The notes below the pieces were generated by a model. It was given only the letters and a program-made list of their open reading frames with translations, made no database searches and was not told the origin of the DNA. The translations under genes and the position numbers were made by a program. From Flavobacterium sp. (GTDB lineage: Bacteria; Bacteroidota; Bacteroidia; Flavobacteriales; Flavobacteriaceae): DNA of 64,000 nucleotides. Positions 59,796 through 64,000 of the stretch are shown here, one piece after another. Positions within the stretch are counted from its first letter, which is position 1; every line of letters begins with the position of its first letter. The stretch is taken from contig NZ_JASGHW010000003.1 of the NCBI RefSeq assembly GCF_047602195.1, positions 167,173 to 231,172 on the forward strand, in the 5' to 3' direction.

Positions 59796-62700
59796 TTACT
59801 TGATAATGATCTTTCTAGATAAATCGCCTTTCGAGGTGTGCACTTTCACTATGTACGTTCCGGTGCTGATTGTTTGGACCGGTAACTGGATTTTCTTTTG
59901 GTTGACATCGGTGACGTCCCAAGTCGTTACGACCTGGCCGAGCATGTTGAACAACATTACTTCTTCAACTTCTGCATCGGTGCCGTTGAGTACCGTAATC
60001 ATGCGGTCATCGCTGGTGAAGAAAGCATTGATGTTGGCGTTGGCAACGAAATCATCGGTATGCAATGAAGTGCCGTCGGTGAATCGCAACGAGAAACGGT
60101 TGTCGATGGTGCCGGCCGGAAGCTCGATGCTGAACTTCTCTTCGCCACGGATCGAATGGTACAGATCGGTTACATTGTCATAGATGTACACTTCCTGCGA
60201 TTCTTCGAAACTTTCGGTATTGTCGAGCATGAACTTGATGGTTCCCGCTGCGGCCACTTTGACCCCGATCGGGTAGATGTTGTTCACGTTGAAGAAACCG
60301 TCACCTTGGATGTTCAATTTGGTTTCACCGTTGATGAAATACATATCGCTCGGTTGGTTGTCGATATGCGGCGCATCATAGCCCACATCGATTCCGCTGG
60401 TCGCGTGTTCGTCCATAAAACCGAGCAGCAATTGTCTGTGGAAATTCTCCGGCGAAGTGTACCCGAGACGGATTCTGGCAAAAGTATCCGCTTCGAAATA
60501 ATCCTCCTCGTTGTTGAATTCGGCCACTGAAGCCCTGGTCAAAGGCGCACCGCTGTTGGTATTGGCCTCACGGAACATAAAGTTCGAGCTCGCGTTGTCT
60601 TCCTTGACGAACAAACGTTGGCTGTTGTTGAAGGTGATGGTTCCACCAGTCGCGCTACCGTTGACGAAGAATCCTTGTCCAACCGGGATGAATCTTCCCG
60701 GAATTCTCGTACTGGTTCCTGCACCGCTGATGCCGGCCGGAGCTACCGGAGGTGTTCCACCCGTCAAGTTTCTGACGGCATAACCTCCTTGGTAATTCAC
60801 CAAAACGTGCGAGTTGTTGGTGCTGTAATGCTCCCAGAAATACAGGGCGCCGGTTGTCGAAGCCGCGTTGGCCAGGATGAACGCATCCGAATCGAGTGCC
60901 GAAGCATATGGGTTTCCGCTCAGGTTCAGGTTGTTGGCTGCAATCGGGCTGGTGATGGTCGCGTTGTGCGGCTTGCCAGAGAACGTGAAGTTTTGGGTAG
61001 CCGTAGCCGCGCCGCTTCCTTTCATGGTGTAGCCTTGTCCGGCGAGCAAAGTGCCGTTGGCACCGACCGATGTCCAGTTCGCATAGACCGGCGAGGTGTT
61101 CTGGAACTTGAAGATCCAGTAGTTCGCGATCGAGATAGGCGAGGTAGCCGAACCGTTGTAGCCTGTGACAAAGTTGATGTTCTGTACGTTTGATGGCGTA
61201 GTTCCGTCTTTCATGACCCCGTTTACCGTATAATTGTTGTTGTTGGTAGTCGCACTGATTGCTCCAACAGGGGCACACCAATAATTGTAATTGTAGATGT
61301 TCGATTGTCCTTGTTGGTCTCTTTCGAGTGAACCGGCACTGGTCGGGTCGAGGTCGCTCTGCGCAGTCTGCACCAATTGCGATTTGCCCACGAGGTCAAT
61401 TTTTCCGTCGAGTTTCAAGTACCAGTCGTTCTGGATCTTGATGTCGTTGGTTGCCGAAATGGTAGCGGTCGGGTTGACGAACATGCCCAAATCGACATTG
61501 TTGGCCGTCTCGGTGATGTTGTGTCTCACTTCTACAATCGACCAGTCCTGGTCCATGATGTCGAGTCCGCGGATTTCACGTGTCGGGCTGTTGACCGCAA
61601 CTGCGAAGTTTCCTGGTCTTTCGGTTTGGAATGGCATCGGGGCCTGCTGTACCTGGATGATTTTGTTGTTGTAGATTCTCATACCAGTGGCCACGTCAAT
61701 CGAGGCGGTAGTCAAGTCGTCGATGATGTCGTCTTTGTACGCATCCATTCTGTAATAGCGCAATACGTTGGCCCATGGAAGCGATCCCACATCTTTCGGG
61801 ATGATGGCACCCCTGACCTGTGAGCTGTTGTTTTGCATCTCTTGGTAAACGATTCTCTGGAACTGCGCATCGGTCAGGTTCTTGTTGAAAATACGTACTT
61901 CGTCGATTTTGCCTTTGAAATAATTGTTATTGGCCGTTGGGTTTTTACCGATGGTCAACAGCGAGGCATCGGCTTGTACGCTTCCTGATTCAGAATGTGT
62001 AGACACGTTGACCCCGTTGAGGTACAATTTGAGCAAACCGCCACCCAATGTAGCACCCACATGGTACCATTGGCCCGTATTCAAGGCAACACTGCTGTAG
62101 GTTATGCTGCTTCCGTTCATGGTCACTTGCAAGTTTCTGTTGCTGTCGATCTTGAGTTGGAATTTGTCCTGGCCAATTACCACACCCTCGCCATTAAAGG
62201 CGCTGTTGAGGTCTACCCAGGCCATTATTGTCAAGGTAGACAATCCACCCATGACACCAGTGCCGCTGCCGTAATCGTTTCTTCCGTCGAATTCGAGGAA
62301 CAATTTTCTGTTCAAATCCCTTGGCGAGCCAATCGCCGAAGTATTGGTGTCGAAAGTATCGGTAATACCGTCTTTGTCCATATCCGATGAACCGTCAATC
62401 ATACCGTCGTTGTTGGCGTCAAGGCTCAAATACAAACTGTTGAAGATGTCGAAATAACCATCGCCATCCGAGTCAAGCTGCAAATAATCCGGGGTGTTGT
62501 CGTTGTTGGTGTCCTGCGCAAATGCCCTAGGATTGGTTCCAAAACCGGTATTGTTGTCATACAGGTCGAGGATTCCGTCACGGTCGGTATCCACGAGGTC
62601 GCCTTTTCCGTCGCCGTTGATGTCGCCATCACCGTTGTAGATGCCCGCCTCGTCCACATCAAACCATGAATCGTTGTCAGAATCGAGGTCGAGGTAATCC

Positions 62701-64000
62701 GGCACACCGTCATAGTCTGTATCCGGAATCGAATAAGATCCACCGCTGATGTAGCTGTCGATGATGTCGTTCAATCCGTTGCCGTTGGCATCGCTCCAGG
62801 TCAATGGGCTGCTCAAATCCATTTTCGACAAATAGTTGCTGAAATGTTTGAAGCCTGCTTCTTCCACATCTGGAATACCGTCGTTGTCGTCATCGAGGTC
62901 GAAGATGTTGGCAATGCCGTCACCGTCCGTATCGATGTAATTCTGTACGATCTTGATGTCGTCGATGGCCAAGTCATTACCACCACCACCGGTCGAGTTG
63001 TTCTTGAATCGGATGATGAATGAAGTCACGTTGCCTAAGTTGACCGAAGTCGAGAATGGCAACCAGTTGGTCGTCGCACAAGAGTTGTCGTTCGGATCCA
63101 TCGTACATCTTCCGATGTAACCGGTGTTGAACGAAGACAACAAGTTGTTGTTCAAATCGACGAACTCCACCGTGATGTTCGGACGGATACTGCCGCTGTA
63201 ATTGCTTTGTCTCATGATGTTGAGTACAAAGAAGCTGTACGAGATCGGTACGTTCGGGATCACCCCGTCGATCCTGGTTTCGTAGAAAGTACCCGCAGCG
63301 AAACTCGCGTTGAATACGGCCATCCTTCCGTTGACGTCGCTTGGTGTGTGGTCCAAACCATCGTACCAGGCCAAGTCGCCGTGGATGTTTTCAGGATCGG
63401 ATGCAACCGGGCCCGTAATTTTGTAGTTCACACAGTATTCACCGTCTTCCAGCGTTACCGAAGCATCGCAGGCAGAACCGTATCCGTCTTCATAGCAATA
63501 GCTACAAGTCGCACCCGGCGTATTGACGTTGATTTGGCCCTTGGTGGTTCCCGCACCGAAAGTTTCGTTGAGGAACACATACTCCACCAGACCGGTCAAT
63601 GGGTAGGCCAGACCGTCGGTTTGCTCCTGGATATCGATGATGCCGTCGTTGTCGTCGTCGATGTCTTTGTTGTCGGTAATGCCGTCACCGTCGGTATCCT
63701 TATAGGTTTGTACACCGGTTCCAGAAAGGGCGAAGTTGTATGGATTTTCGTCGCTGTCGTTGTTCACGATAGAGAACATCGCGTTTTTGACCCCGATGGT
63801 AGTCGGCGTAAAGGCAATCTTGAAGCGCGAGTTTCCACCGGCCGCAATGGTAGAGGCCGGAGCAGAAATGACACTGAAGTTGGAAGCGTTCACGCCACTA
63901 AAGCTGGCTGCCCCGATTGCCAAGGCACCGGTTCCCGTGTTTTCGATGATGAGGTTTACGTATACGCTACCGCCGTCCATCGAAACCTCGCCGAAATTGG
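59796..64000 (-). CDS. Giant surface protein, N-terminus outside the window. Contains thrombospondin type-3-like Ca-binding repeats, a LamG-like domain and a T9SS C-terminal sorting domain.
   Basis: The frame stays open to the window edge (…NFGEVSMDGG…). Many DTDGDGI.D..D.DDDNDGI motifs are present. The LamG block is LFLEFDGRNDY...WYHVGATL...LYLNG...DEVRIFNKNL. The C-terminus is VMLFNMLGQ...TGTYIVKVHTSKGDLSRKIIIK. Confidence 0.82.
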   Translation of the reverse strand, partial: NFGEVSMDGGSVYVNLIIENTGTGALAIGAASFSGVNASNFSVISAPASTIAAGGNSRFKIAFTPTTIGVKNAMFSIVNNDSDENPYNFALSGTGVQTYKDTDGDGITDNKDIDDDNDGIIDIQEQTDGLAYPLTGLVEYVFLNETFGAGTTKGQINVNTPGATCSYCYEDGYGSACDASVTLEDGEYCVNYKITGPVASDPENIHGDLAWYDGLDHTPSDVNGRMAVFNASFAAGTFYETRIDGVIPNVPISYSFFVLNIMRQSNYSGSIRPNITVEFVDLNNNLLSSFNTGYIGRCTMDPNDNSCATTNWLPFSTSVNLGNVTSFIIRFKNNSTGGGGNDLAIDDIKIVQNYIDTDGDGIANIFDLDDDNDGIPDVEEAGFKHFSNYLSKMDLSSPLTWSDANGNGLNDIIDSYISGGSYSIPDTDYDGVPDYLDLDSDNDSWFDVDEAGIYNGDGDINGDGKGDLVDTDRDGILDLYDNNTGFGTNPRAFAQDTNNDNTPDYLQLDSDGDGYFDIFNSLYLSLDANNDGMIDGSSDMDKDGITDTFDTNTSAIGSPRDLNRKLFLEFDGRNDYGSGTGVMGGLSTLTIMAWVDLNSAFNGEGVVIGQDKFQLKIDSNRNLQVTMNGSSITYSSVALNTGQWYHVGATLGGGLLKLYLNGVNVSTHSESGSVQADASLLTIGKNPTANNNYFKGKIDEVRIFNKNLTDAQFQRIVYQEMQNNSSQVRGAIIPKDVGSLPWANVLRYYRMDAYKDDIIDDLTTASIDVATGMRIYNNKIIQVQQAPMPFQTERPGNFAVAVNSPTREIRGLDIMDQDWSIVEVRHNITETANNVDLGMFVNPTATISATNDIKIQNDWYLKLDGKIDLVGKSQLVQTAQSDLDPTSAGSLERDQQGQSNIYNYNYWCAPVGAISATTNNNNYTVNGVMKDGTTPSNVQNINFVTGYNGSATSPISIANYWIFKFQNTSPVYANWTSVGANGTLLAGQGYTMKGSGAATATQNFTFSGKPHNATITSPIAANNLNLSGNPYASALDSDAFILANAASTTGALYFWEHYSTNNSHVLVNYQGGYAVRNLTGGTPPVAPAGISGAGTSTRIPGRFIPVGQGFFVNGSATGGTITFNNSQRLFVKEDNASSNFMFREANTNSGAPLTRASVAEFNNEEDYFEADTFARIRLGYTSPENFHRQLLLGFMDEHATSGIDVGYDAPHIDNQPSDMYFINGETKLNIQGDGFFNVNNIYPIGVKVAAAGTIKFMLDNTESFEESQEVYIYDNVTDLYHSIRGEEKFSIELPAGTIDNRFSLRFTDGTSLHTDDFVANANINAFFTSDDRMITVLNGTDAEVEEVMLFNMLGQVVTTWDVTDVNQKKIQLPVQTISTGTYIVKVHTSKGDLSRKIIIK

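Noticed and set aside
1-64000. Mobile genetic elements, prophage, defence islands and toxin-antitoxin pairs.
   Set aside because: No transposase, integrase, recombinase, phage structural, restriction-modification, Cas, reverse transcriptase or TA-like gene pairs were recognised. The only mobile-looking items are the short non-coding repeat families.

Overview
The window looks like a Flavobacteriia-type (Bacteroidota) chromosomal segment around dnaA. This is inferred from gene content: dnaA, an LMW-PTP and a tetrapyrrole-type methyltransferase arranged as in Flavobacterium, many T9SS C-terminal sorting domains, TAnnTTTG -7 boxes and no Shine-Dalgarno dependence. I call about 46 protein genes. 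No rRNA, tRNA, CRISPR array, transposase or integrase was recognised. Both ends of the window carry pairs of giant paralogous T9SS-sorted surface proteins, at 1-11783 on the + strand and 56986-64000 on the - strand. The middle is mostly housekeeping: prfC, a SurA/PpiC cluster, MoxR, a LytS/LytTR two-component pair, aconitase, gap, htrA, dapF, mltG, dnaA, ribD, prmC and hisS. The most unusual observation concerns the three split genes in the window: a DUF2279 protein, a secreted glycoside-hydrolase-like protein and the essential hisS. All three are on the + strand. Each is broken at the identical 10-mer CTCGAAAGAA, and deleting one A (CTC GAA GAA = Leu-Glu-Glu) restores a full-length protein every time. 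That points either to a motif-specific consensus or sequencing artefact, or to a sequence-specific +1 recoding event. Other points worth a second look are a high-GC3 mosaic 3' module in the first adhesin gene, tandem MopE-like metal-binding repeats, a 73-aa signal-peptide/acidic/C-terminal-anchor mini-protein, and three families of intergenic palindromic repeats, one of them built from 7-nt units lying directly upstream of moxR and hisS.
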